Shown one piece after another: positions 34,523-44,764 of a stretch of DNA of 64,000 nt (positions within the stretch are counted from its first letter, which is position 1; every line of letters begins with the position of its first letter). Source of the DNA: an uncultured virus (IMG/VR IMGVR_UViG_3300035136_000035) (lineage: Duplodnaviria > Heunggongvirae > Uroviricota > Caudoviricetes). The notes below the pieces were generated by a model, which worked only from the letters and a program-made list of their open reading frames with translations, was not told where the DNA came from and did no database searches. Made by a program: the position numbers and the translations under genes. The DNA lies in IMG/VR virus record IMGVR_UViG_3300035136_000035. The stretch is one strand, 5' to 3'.

Positions 34523-37141
34523 ATGAAAAAAATAATATTATTTATAATAATAATGATGATTGGAATAAATATTTATTCTCAAACATCAAAAGCAATTCTT
34601 AAAACATACTTCGAAACTGGAGATAAACCTACACAAGAACAATTTTGGGAATTCATTGATAATAGTTATAATCAAGGGACAGATGGAATACTTGAATATA
34701 CTGGCAATAGCTTAAATATAGATTTTTCTCCATATACAAGTAAATCTGATTCAGGAATATTATATACAGGAACAGATATTCCAACGGATACTACTACATT
34801 TTTAAATTACAATGGAACATTCAGGGCTGCAAAAATAAAAATAGGCAATATAGAGATTGATCCAGAAGGTGTAGGGACTACATATTCATCAGGTAGTGGT
34901 ATATATGTAGATAATGTAAATGATCAAATAGATTGGGTAGGGACATTAGATACTGATGCTGATATTGAAATGTCAACAAATAGGATTTATTTTTATACTC
35001 CATCAGGAGGAAGATTTGAATTTGATGATGATTACATGATATTACAACAACCATCTTCAAAAATAATTACAATAAGTTCATCTGGAGGCAGTTCTATTTA
35101 TGGGGCTACAGGAGTACAAATTTCTGGAACATCAACAGGTGATGTAAATATAAAAACATCAACAAATGCTGCATCTGATATAATAATTACAGATCAAAAA
35201 ACAACAAAAACAGGAATAGTATATGCAGCAGATTATTCATCTGATATAATAAGCAATAATTTATCTTTGATTAATGTTGGAATGACTCTTGATCTTATTA
35301 ATGACACAGCTATTGATGTTAGATCAGATTTATCTGATTCATGTGCTGTTTTAAGATCACTTATTGGAGGAAGTGGAATATGGACTCAATCAGGGAATAA
35401 AATATATCCAATAAGTAGTAATGATAGTTTAGGTATAGGAGGAGTCCCTACTGACAAATTTTATGTTAATGGGAATATAACAGCTTCTAATATAACTCTT
35501 GGAACAAATATGAATGCATATAGATCAATTACTACATTTTGTAATTCTGAATATTTTGGTGTATATGGTAAAATAGATTTTTTTGATAATAATGCTAGTA
35601 TAAGTAATTATTATACTGATTTAAGATTTTATGATGAAAATGCAGGAACTAAAACATTATCTCAATTAGCAAATATAACAACTTCAGCTAGTGGTTTAAC
35701 AACTACTAGTGATGTACATAGATTAGGAGGACCATTAGCTCAAAATACTACTATATCAGGTTCTTATGAAATGAATTTTACAAATAGTACATTTTCAGCT
35801 ACTCCTATTTCATCATTAGAATTAAGTTCAGATGCAAATGTTGTATTGGAATATGGATATGATAGTGTATCTATTGAAAATGGATCAATAGGAAATCATG
35901 GGCCTCATATTACAGATTTAAAAACAGTACCAGAAGGATTAAAATATTTTGAAGAATATGATTTAGCGAGTAATAAATTATCTATTCCTTATGTTGGAAT
36001 GGAATGGGATACTATATTTGTAGGAAATACTAAAATATCAAGAAATAATGCATATCCGGCATATTTGCAATTTTATAATACAACAAATGATAGAGGATTT
36101 TATTGGAATTTAGGTTCTTTTGCTAGTGGACTATTTGATATGAGCATACCTTCTGGATTATTATTCCATGATGATCATACGGCTATTATATATGATAATG
36201 ATTATTTATATTGGGAAGGTTCTAATATTCTAAGAACATCAACTGATACAGCAGCGTGGCTTAGTGATGTAAGATCAATGGCAGGTGGTGGAGATGTCAG
36301 TATTTCAGGAACGCCTGCTGATAATCAAATTGCTGTTTGGACTGATGCGAGTACTATTGAAGGTAATTCTACTTTTACTTTTTCAGAAAATAGTGATACT
36401 TTAATAATTGATAATTTATATAAAATATATAGAAATACAACAAGTGGACATTTAATTTTTGCTTATCAAAATACTCCATATTTTTCAGTGGGAAACGCAA
36501 GTTACTGGGGCTACGTAAATACAAATGGGGCTATGATTGGAAATTTTGCTAGAAGTAATACACTACCATCTTATACGTGGGAAGGAGATAATAATACTGG
36601 AATTGGAAGTCCTTCAGATGATAGATTGTATTTACAAGCTGGAGGAGATAAACTAATTGAAATAGCTATAGATTCAGTAATAGCAAATGATACTATTTAT
36701 TTAGATTATTTAGGAGTAGGATCAGAAGGTGCATGGTTATATTTAACCCCAGATAATGCTATTGATACAGGTACATTAGCAGATGCCGGATTTGGTCTTA
36801 CAATGGATATTCCTGAGACAATGACTGAATTTATGAATGATAATTATAATGATGAATTACCATATTTTTATAAAGATGCTAATGGTGTTATACAAAAAAC
36901 ATATACATTAAAAGGAGGATGGGCTAATCAAGCTTTTCAAAAAATAGGTTCTAGGGTTGAAATAACAATGAGATATGTTCGGGAGCTTGAAAAAAAGAAT
37001 AATGAATTAGAAAGCAGAATTGAACGATTAGAAAAATTATTATTAAATAGTGTGGGGGATCAAGGAATATTGCCTGAAAATATTGATGAAATATTAGAAC
37101 AATCAAAACAAGAGACTGATGAAATACTTAATTTATATTAG
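34523..37141 (+). CDS. tail fibre-like protein
   Basis: LKTYFETGDKPTQEQF N-terminal motif, G/S/T-rich beta repeats, C-terminal coiled coil. Confidence 0.65.
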   Translation: MKKIILFIIIMMIGINIYSQTSKAILKTYFETGDKPTQEQFWEFIDNSYNQGTDGILEYTGNSLNIDFSPYTSKSDSGILYTGTDIPTDTTTFLNYNGTFRAAKIKIGNIEIDPEGVGTTYSSGSGIYVDNVNDQIDWVGTLDTDADIEMSTNRIYFYTPSGGRFEFDDDYMILQQPSSKIITISSSGGSSIYGATGVQISGTSTGDVNIKTSTNAASDIIITDQKTTKTGIVYAADYSSDIISNNLSLINVGMTLDLINDTAIDVRSDLSDSCAVLRSLIGGSGIWTQSGNKIYPISSNDSLGIGGVPTDKFYVNGNITASNITLGTNMNAYRSITTFCNSEYFGVYGKIDFFDNNASISNYYTDLRFYDENAGTKTLSQLANITTSASGLTTTSDVHRLGGPLAQNTTISGSYEMNFTNSTFSATPISSLELSSDANVVLEYGYDSVSIENGSIGNHGPHITDLKTVPEGLKYFEEYDLASNKLSIPYVGMEWDTIFVGNTKISRNNAYPAYLQFYNTTNDRGFYWNLGSFASGLFDMSIPSGLLFHDDHTAIIYDNDYLYWEGSNILRTSTDTAAWLSDVRSMAGGGDVSISGTPADNQIAVWTDASTIEGNSTFTFSENSDTLIIDNLYKIYRNTTSGHLIFAYQNTPYFSVGNASYWGYVNTNGAMIGNFARSNTLPSYTWEGDNNTGIGSPSDDRLYLQAGGDKLIEIAIDSVIANDTIYLDYLGVGSEGAWLYLTPDNAIDTGTLADAGFGLTMDIPETMTEFMNDNYNDELPYFYKDANGVIQKTYTLKGGWANQAFQKIGSRVEITMRYVRELEKKNNELESRIERLEKLLLNSVGDQGILPENIDEILEQSKQETDEILNLY

Positions 37142-38909
37142 TTTATTATTTATTTCTATTTATTGTAATTCTCAGGAATTAAGTCATTCTGAAGCTAGAA
37201 TAGTTGTGCCTAGCGATGCTGTAAATGGAGATTATGTCACCCATATAACTGCCTTTCCTACTGTAAAAGATACGACTGGAAATTCTATATCATATTCAGA
37301 ATATAATGACATTGATGATATTTGTTCGATTAATTCATCCACTGGAGAGGTATTAATAAATGATTATACTAATTTATCAATTGGAACATCATTATATATA
37401 TTTCAAACAACAAATGGAAGTCAGACAGATATTGATACCCTTACTATTGAAGTTAAAAGTAGTTCCGATTGTTATTATATTGAGCCTGGGACATCAGGAT
37501 CAGGAACTAGGGCTAGTCCTTTCAGTTGGTCTGATGTTACATCATTTACGGCAGGTAAAGCATATTTACAAAAATGTGCTACTACACAAACAAGTATAGT
37601 AAGTCTTGATGATGACGATGATGGAACAAGTGAAAATCATATTGTATTAGGCAGTTATGGAACGGGGTATAGGCCTATTATTGATCCGGCTTCTGGCCCC
37701 TGTATGTCACTTGGTTCTTATAATGCTGGAGCAGATGAGGGAACGCTTTATGTTGATATATATAATTTTAGGATACAAGGTGGTGAGGGGATTCTTGGTG
37801 AAGCTGGATGTAAATATATTCGTCATTATAATATTGATGTTTATGATTGTTCTGACAATGGTCAGATTTATTATAAACGTTCATTAGAACCTCCGTATGA
37901 TGACCAATATATGGGATTGGAATTTATAAATTGCATTTCAGATTCTACAAATAGTTATCCAACTCAATATCATTGTTATAAGATTGAGACTGGAGCTTAT
38001 TTTCTAGGGTGTGAGGCTTCAAGAGCAGGAGGAAAAGGATATTCTGTTGGAAGTCAATCCACACTTAAATATTGTATGTCAAAAAATGCATCTACTGGTA
38101 ATCTCGAAGCACAAGGAGATAGTATACTTATACAATATTGCATAGCATCTGGTGGAACTGATGCTGTTATAACAACTAATTATGATGGTCATGGAGATAC
38201 AAAGGCGGATTATATAAGAGTACTTGATTCTTATTTTTATAATAGTGATTATACCGTTGAAATTAATGGGTGTAATAAATGTTATTTTCAACGAAATACT
38301 ATAGTAAATAGTACAACGCATGGTGTTTTTTTAGGATATGAAGGTGTAAATGACAGTGTATATATAGAACGAAATTGGATAGAAAATTCAGAATATGATG
38401 GCATTAGGTCAAACCCACAAAGTGGGAATGATACTTATATTTTCATTCATTACAATATAATTATTGATTGTAATAATCAAGCTAGTTCTGATGCTATAGA
38501 TCTTCGTGATATAACGAATGCGTTTATCTATAACAATACATGCTATAATAATACGAATGGTATTGAAATAGAGACAGGAATGACAGGAATAATAGCTCGT
38601 AATAATTTTGCAAATACATTTACTAATATAAACACAGTATCAAATAATATTGATATTGACACAATAACAGACAGTAATTATTGGACAGATGCAGCAAGTG
38701 ATGATTTTACAACATTTGAAGGAGCTTATGGTATTAATAATGGCTATGATGTTGGATTAAGTTCTGATTATTTATTGAATCCAATTATTGGTTTACCAGA
38801 TATTGGAGCTTATGAATTCGGAGAACAAAATAGAAAATATCCTTATAAAAAAGGAATACAAAAAAAATTCTTTAAAGGAGTTGAAAAAAAGCTTTATAAA
38901 ACAAAATAA
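37119..38909 (+). CDS. right-handed beta-helix protein (tailspike/depolymerase-like)
   Basis: IVLGSYGTGYRPII, repeated I.RN.I.N / IYNNTCYNN rungs, C-terminal PDIGAYEF. Confidence 0.75.
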   Translation: MKYLIYISLLFISIYCNSQELSHSEARIVVPSDAVNGDYVTHITAFPTVKDTTGNSISYSEYNDIDDICSINSSTGEVLINDYTNLSIGTSLYIFQTTNGSQTDIDTLTIEVKSSSDCYYIEPGTSGSGTRASPFSWSDVTSFTAGKAYLQKCATTQTSIVSLDDDDDGTSENHIVLGSYGTGYRPIIDPASGPCMSLGSYNAGADEGTLYVDIYNFRIQGGEGILGEAGCKYIRHYNIDVYDCSDNGQIYYKRSLEPPYDDQYMGLEFINCISDSTNSYPTQYHCYKIETGAYFLGCEASRAGGKGYSVGSQSTLKYCMSKNASTGNLEAQGDSILIQYCIASGGTDAVITTNYDGHGDTKADYIRVLDSYFYNSDYTVEINGCNKCYFQRNTIVNSTTHGVFLGYEGVNDSVYIERNWIENSEYDGIRSNPQSGNDTYIFIHYNIIIDCNNQASSDAIDLRDITNAFIYNNTCYNNTNGIEIETGMTGIIARNNFANTFTNINTVSNNIDIDTITDSNYWTDAASDDFTTFEGAYGINNGYDVGLSSDYLLNPIIGLPDIGAYEFGEQNRKYPYKKGIQKKFFKGVEKKLYKTK

Positions 38910-41900
38910 ATGGCGGATGCTTTAAAAATATTAGATAAACAAACATTAGATGTAATAAAATATGCACCTGTTAAATCTCCAATTTCTGAATATGGATCAG
39001 ATAATGAATCTAATTATAATAATTTAAGAGGTAAAATTTTTCAATTTGCATATAATTATATTTATCAAAATAGTGAAGAAAGTGTTTTAAGTCCAGCTAG
39101 TCAAATTGCAATTCCACAGAATGAAGAATTAATAAATGGAGATTATGTAGAAAACAATCATGTTAATAATTATATAGCTATAAAATGTAAATTAGGACAT
39201 TTTACTGCTGAAAAAATACAATTATATATACGAGAAGGTAATAATGGGAAATGGTTTTATTATGAAAAATATATAAAACCAACTTCTTCAATTGTTACAT
39301 CAGGAACTAAAATATATGAAAATGGACATTATTGGTTAATGAGTGTAGGTGCTTATGGAGGTGTAGATACTAGCGAATTAAAAGAAGGGATGTATTTAAA
39401 AAATGAATGGGTTGATGCTTATATAGTTTATGTAGATTATGAAAATAATCAAATTTTATTAAGTCAAGAACCAACTGCTACTGGAATACCTAATATAAAT
39501 GTTGATGAAGAATATTATTATTTTATTTTCAGGAATAATAAATTAAAGATAGGTATTGATCAGGATAAAATAAATTTACCATATCATAATGTTCCATTAA
39601 AAGCAGGAAGTCAATCAATAATAGAAGGGAATAGGCTTGTTTATGGTAATATTTTAGAAGGTTATGATAATGTTGATATTGATGTATTATTAGAATTTGA
39701 TTATGATACTATTCCTGATTATAGAAAAATAGAAGATTTAATTGATGAGCCGGAAGAATTTTATTGTAATGATTGTCAATTAGCTTCTGGTAAAAATAGA
39801 GCATTATTAATTGTTTTAAAAGATGAAATTATTGTTAATGAATATTATGAAATTACATTAATATATACAGATAGTTCTTTTGATAAAATAAATTATTTAA
39901 TAAAAGAAGGAGATGATGAAGATAGTATTAGTTTATCAATTGCAGATCAAATTGAATCAACAAATAAATTCGATACTGTTAGAAACGGATCTGAAATATT
40001 AAGTATAATTGTAAATTATAATCCGGCTACTTATTATTATAATACGGTTATTGTAAGATATAACAATAATTTATATGTAACAAAAGATTCATATGTTTAT
40101 GCAGGTCAATATCCATCAGGGACTTCTTCTGATAATACATGGTGGATTTATTTAACTTCAAATGATGAATATAACAGAATTATTCAAGCTACACAAAATG
40201 CTACACCATATTTAAATATTAACGATGTTTCAGCATATATTTATACATCAAAAACAAAGTATAAATCATTTAAATATAATTCTGAAAATCAAATTGCAAT
40301 TGAATATTTAGATGAAGCAGGACGTTCAGGAAATGCAAATACAAATAATAAATGTGTTAAATTTTTAGAAGTAAATATTCCCGAATTATTTTTATTTAAT
40401 AATGATTTTTTTAAAATAAATTTATTATTAAATGTAAAACATCAACCTCCTGATTGGGCATATTATTATAGGATTTTATATTATTATCCTAAAATATGGT
40501 TTGAACAATTCATGATTTATGGATTTGGACATTCTACTCCTGATATATATTTACATGCAGATGGGAAATATCATATTAAAATAAATAGGGCAATAAGATA
40601 TTTTAATGAATTATATAAAAAATCTATTTTATCTGAATATATATTTGAAAAAGGAGATAGGATAAAAATAATAGGAAATATAAGTGGTACATTAAGATAT
40701 AATAGATTTGAAAATTTACAGGATTTAGAAATAATAGGATGGGATTATCCAACAGGGAATGATAGTTATGAACAGGATGAAGCAACAGGAGATGATCAGG
40801 AATATATCCGTGATGATAAAGGAAACAAAATAAGAGATACTTCTAAATATGAGATAATAATTGAAAATTTAAATATAGATTCATTAATATCTGATTCTGA
40901 ATATCTCATATATGAGATTTATAGGCCAAATAAAGAATTAGAATCTAAAGTTTTTTATACTATTGGACAAGATTTTGAAATTGGTAATCCGACTAAGTGG
41001 AATAGATATCATAAAGGAAGTATACAAGATCAAGCATATTATGATCCATCAAACACACCTGCAAAGATAAAAATTGATAATGGTGCTTGTTATATTAAAA
41101 TTAAATTAGTTGAACCTGGTATTGTTTTTCCTGCTGAATCAATGTTATTATCTGATTTTTATGAATCTAATTCAATAGATATAGGCAAATCTAATATTGA
41201 ATCAGAAAGCGGACAATTTGATAAATTTCAATCAATAAAATGGGGGAATAAATATCTTGAAGGAACAAAAACAAATGGCATTTGTGAATTTGAATTTATT
41301 GATAATGAAAAAGTATTTGAAAGCAAAAATGGTTCAGTAAATGGATTAAAACAATCTGGATGGGTATTACGTGTTGTACAAGATAAAGAAATTACAAGTT
41401 TGTATATAGGAAGGGAATCAATAATTAATCCAGATGGCACTGAAACATTGCAAATAATTAAAGGGAGTGTATTTGGTACTGTAAGGCCATATCTTCAAAG
41501 TTATGGAAGTAAATATGCGAATAGTTTAGTTACTAAAGATTCATATTTATATTTTTTTGATAGTATAAGAGGGAAATATTGCAGGGCTGCATTTAATGGT
41601 ATATTTCCAATATCTGATTATGGTATGTCAAATGAATTCATGGAATTATCAAAAGAATTTGAAAGATCAGCTATTAAAAAAATAACTTCTGTTTATGATT
41701 ATGAATATGATGAATTATTAACATCATTTCAATATTATGAAAATATAGATTATGATATTAGTATAGGAGGATATTGTGTTAATGGAAGCAATATATTAAC
41801 TAAAGTATATACTGATGCAGGAACAGATTTGGATGATTTAAAAGATGGATTTATAATGTTTCCTTCTATATCTGGAATAGTCCCTGATAATACTTATATA

Positions 41901-42578
41901 TTAAAATTTGATAAATATAATCGAACAATCACGTTAAATAATAATGTCACTCCAGGATCAGAAACTCCAGTATTAAGAGGATTTACAGTAACAAAAAGAT
42001 TAATAAGAAAAACACATTCATTTGTTGATTCTATTGAAGGAATGGGGAATATAAATAAATGGAAGGAAAAATTATCCTTTGTACCTGAAATGTATGGACA
42101 ATTAGGAAAACATTTATTTAGTTTTGAAAAAGGACAGGCATGGTATCAGTATAAATTGAAAAGCGGGGATGATTATGTATTTAATAAATTTTATGATGTT
42201 GAATATCCTTTGGAAATAACATTTTCAAGTAATGGGGATAATTTAAATAAATTATATGATGGAATAGAAATAATGTCTAATGAAAAATTATTTGCTAAAT
42301 ATAAAGGTGATATTTACATATTGGCAAATACAGATGGTGAGCAAAAAATATTAGAAAGTAAATTACCTTCTGATAAATTTAAAAAAATTTCAGGTAAATT
42401 TGTAAGTGAATTTTTAAGAGATATGAATAGTCCTGAATTTACAAATGAAAATTTAGCTTTAATAAATGGCAGATATTTAAGAGGACAGGCTGCTATTATT
42501 AAATTAACGAATGAGACAATTAATGAATTTGTATTACATTCAATAAAATTGTATATTACACCAAGTAAAATATTATAA
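38910..42578 (+). CDS. tail stabilisation/nozzle protein, C-terminal part
   Basis: LDVIKYAP...KIFQFAYNYIYQNSEESVLSP, VPLKAGSQSIIEGNRLVYGNILEGYD, YFFDSIRG, ISDYGMS and GRYLRG motifs. Confidence 0.7.
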   Translation: MADALKILDKQTLDVIKYAPVKSPISEYGSDNESNYNNLRGKIFQFAYNYIYQNSEESVLSPASQIAIPQNEELINGDYVENNHVNNYIAIKCKLGHFTAEKIQLYIREGNNGKWFYYEKYIKPTSSIVTSGTKIYENGHYWLMSVGAYGGVDTSELKEGMYLKNEWVDAYIVYVDYENNQILLSQEPTATGIPNINVDEEYYYFIFRNNKLKIGIDQDKINLPYHNVPLKAGSQSIIEGNRLVYGNILEGYDNVDIDVLLEFDYDTIPDYRKIEDLIDEPEEFYCNDCQLASGKNRALLIVLKDEIIVNEYYEITLIYTDSSFDKINYLIKEGDDEDSISLSIADQIESTNKFDTVRNGSEILSIIVNYNPATYYYNTVIVRYNNNLYVTKDSYVYAGQYPSGTSSDNTWWIYLTSNDEYNRIIQATQNATPYLNINDVSAYIYTSKTKYKSFKYNSENQIAIEYLDEAGRSGNANTNNKCVKFLEVNIPELFLFNNDFFKINLLLNVKHQPPDWAYYYRILYYYPKIWFEQFMIYGFGHSTPDIYLHADGKYHIKINRAIRYFNELYKKSILSEYIFEKGDRIKIIGNISGTLRYNRFENLQDLEIIGWDYPTGNDSYEQDEATGDDQEYIRDDKGNKIRDTSKYEIIIENLNIDSLISDSEYLIYEIYRPNKELESKVFYTIGQDFEIGNPTKWNRYHKGSIQDQAYYDPSNTPAKIKIDNGACYIKIKLVEPGIVFPAESMLLSDFYESNSIDIGKSNIESESGQFDKFQSIKWGNKYLEGTKTNGICEFEFIDNEKVFESKNGSVNGLKQSGWVLRVVQDKEITSLYIGRESIINPDGTETLQIIKGSVFGTVRPYLQSYGSKYANSLVTKDSYLYFFDSIRGKYCRAAFNGIFPISDYGMSNEFMELSKEFERSAIKKITSVYDYEYDELLTSFQYYENIDYDISIGGYCVNGSNILTKVYTDAGTDLDDLKDGFIMFPSISGIVPDNTYILKFDKYNRTITLNNNVTPGSETPVLRGFTVTKRLIRKTHSFVDSIEGMGNINKWKEKLSFVPEMYGQLGKHLFSFEKGQAWYQYKLKSGDDYVFNKFYDVEYPLEITFSSNGDNLNKLYDGIEIMSNEKLFAKYKGDIYILANTDGEQKILESKLPSDKFKKISGKFVSEFLRDMNSPEFTNENLALINGRYLRGQAAIIKLTNETINEFVLHSIKLYITPSKIL

Positions 42579-42580
42579 TT

Positions 42581-43264
42581 ATGGATCCTGCAACGATTGC
42601 ATTATTAGCACCTCAATTATTAAAAATAGGAACTGGATTATTTCAAACAATATCCGGTAAAAAATATTCAAAATACGAACGTCCAAAATATGAAATCCCA
42701 CAAGCTGCTTATGATGAAATTGATATAGCTAAAATGTTAGCTTCAATAAATAAATTACCAGGACAGCAAGCTACAGAAGAAAGATTAGCTTCAAGTACAG
42801 GTGCAGGATTAGAAGCAGTTAAAGATGTTGGGAGATCATCTGCTGATATTACAGGAGCTATACCAAGTATATTAGAAAAAGAACAAGAAAAATTAACTGA
42901 TCTTGGAACAGCAGCAGGACAATATAAATTAAATGCACAAAGAATGGTAGGACAGGCATTAGGTAATTTAGCTTCATATCAGGATAAACAATGGCAATTA
43001 AATGAATACATGCCTTATTTAAGTGCTATGGAAGCAGCAAGGGGATTATCAGGATCAGGCATGCAAAATATTTATGGTGGAATAAGTAATATAGGTGGGA
43101 TAGCTTCACAAGCATTTGGAGGTAATTTTGGTTCATTAGGTATGGGTTCTACTGATTTTGAAGATATGACTATTGAAGATTTATTAAAACAATTAAATGT
43201 TGTCACTAAAAATAAAGATCAATTAAATATTCCTGATTATAATTATAATTTAGATAGTTTTTAA
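42581..43264 (+). CDS. putative internal virion/ejection protein
   Basis: A/G/Q-rich helical protein after the tail genes. Confidence 0.55.
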   Translation: MDPATIALLAPQLLKIGTGLFQTISGKKYSKYERPKYEIPQAAYDEIDIAKMLASINKLPGQQATEERLASSTGAGLEAVKDVGRSSADITGAIPSILEKEQEKLTDLGTAAGQYKLNAQRMVGQALGNLASYQDKQWQLNEYMPYLSAMEAARGLSGSGMQNIYGGISNIGGIASQAFGGNFGSLGMGSTDFEDMTIEDLLKQLNVVTKNKDQLNIPDYNYNLDSF

Positions 43265-43267
43265 AAT

Positions 43268-44764
43268 ATGCGTGATCCATTATCCATAGCTCCAGTTCAA
43301 TTACAGGATACTTATGATCCTGTTAAATTGCAAAGACAGATACTTCTTGATAAGGAATTAAAAGAAAAAGAAAGATTATCTTCTTTTGCAACAGAACTTC
43401 CTAAATTAAATAAATGGGAAGATCCTAAATATATGGAATTATTACAAAAAAGAAATGCTTTAGATAAATTAGGAATAGCATATTATCAAAAAGGAGTTGA
43501 TTTAAAAAAAGGAATGTCAAAAAATGATTTAGAAGCAAGATCAAAATTTAATATAGCTAGGCAAAATTTAATGACAGATGTTGCTGATTATAATAATTTA
43601 AGTAAAGTATATGATGAAGCAAGTAAAACATTAATGAGAGATTATGCCAAAGGGGAAGGAGATAGAATTTTTGATTATGAAGAATCACTTAAAAGATTAA
43701 ATCAATTTAAAAATGCTCCTGATTTAAAATTAGCTAAAAAAATATTTAATCAATTTGGATCAAGTGGATTTTTAGCAACAAAACCTCAAAAGATTGATTT
43801 AATAAAAGAAGCTTCTGATACAATAAAAAAATATGCTCCTGAATTTGAGACAAAAGAACCTCGTTTAGATAAAGAAACAGGAATAGTAACAACAAGAGAA
43901 GAAAAAGGACGTACAGAAGAATCAGTACGAAAAGCATTAAGAACATCATTAACAGAAGGAATTGGTATATGGGATGATATCATAAGAAGAAGGACAAATA
44001 CTGATATTGATTTTGATCCTGATGAATTTTCTAAATTAAATAGAGAAGAACAAATTAAATCAAATGAAGATTGGTATTTTGAAAATTTTGGGAAACAATT
44101 TGTTACTAAAACCACTAAACGAGATATAAAAAAGATTAGTGGTATTGGAGAAAAAAAGAAAGAAGAAGATTTTAATATAATTCCAGGAACTATTACAACA
44201 GATTTAAAAACAATTGCTGATATAGGAAAAGGAAGAATGCAAGTAGAAGGTGAAAATGTAATAGGATTTCCTGATAAGAAATTAACAGTTAATACAGGAA
44301 GTGATGCTGTTTCAATTACAACAGGAGTTCGTCATCCAAAAAGTGAATTAGTAGAATTTACACCAATAACAAGTGCTGAATACCCTTATTTAAAAAGAGA
44401 TTATTTTAGAAAAAATCATATAGTAACACAAGAAGATATTGATTCTGGATTATTTCCTACTTGGAATGAAAAAAAGAAAAAAGATATGATTGGTAAAAAA
44501 GTTAATTTAAAATATCCAGCCGGTTCTATTGTAACTCAAAAAATGATAGAAAATAAAAAGTTTAAACCGGAAGATATAGGTAAAAGAAGGTATGTTGAAG
44601 GTTCAGGAAGGACAATAGCAGGAAAAGCGGGAGCGGAAGAAGAATATAAATTACTTATTCCTTATAAAAATATAAAATATAAGATGGAATCTACTTTTAA
44701 AGGATTAAGTGATTTTCTTAAAAAAGAAGAAAAACAAGAAAATAAGATTAAATTAACTTGGTAA
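43268..44764 (+). CDS. putative internal virion/ejection protein
   Basis: Position; charged helical protein. Confidence 0.5.
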   Translation: MRDPLSIAPVQLQDTYDPVKLQRQILLDKELKEKERLSSFATELPKLNKWEDPKYMELLQKRNALDKLGIAYYQKGVDLKKGMSKNDLEARSKFNIARQNLMTDVADYNNLSKVYDEASKTLMRDYAKGEGDRIFDYEESLKRLNQFKNAPDLKLAKKIFNQFGSSGFLATKPQKIDLIKEASDTIKKYAPEFETKEPRLDKETGIVTTREEKGRTEESVRKALRTSLTEGIGIWDDIIRRRTNTDIDFDPDEFSKLNREEQIKSNEDWYFENFGKQFVTKTTKRDIKKISGIGEKKKEEDFNIIPGTITTDLKTIADIGKGRMQVEGENVIGFPDKKLTVNTGSDAVSITTGVRHPKSELVEFTPITSAEYPYLKRDYFRKNHIVTQEDIDSGLFPTWNEKKKKDMIGKKVNLKYPAGSIVTQKMIENKKFKPEDIGKRRYVEGSGRTIAGKAGAEEEYKLLIPYKNIKYKMESTFKGLSDFLKKEEKQENKIKLTW

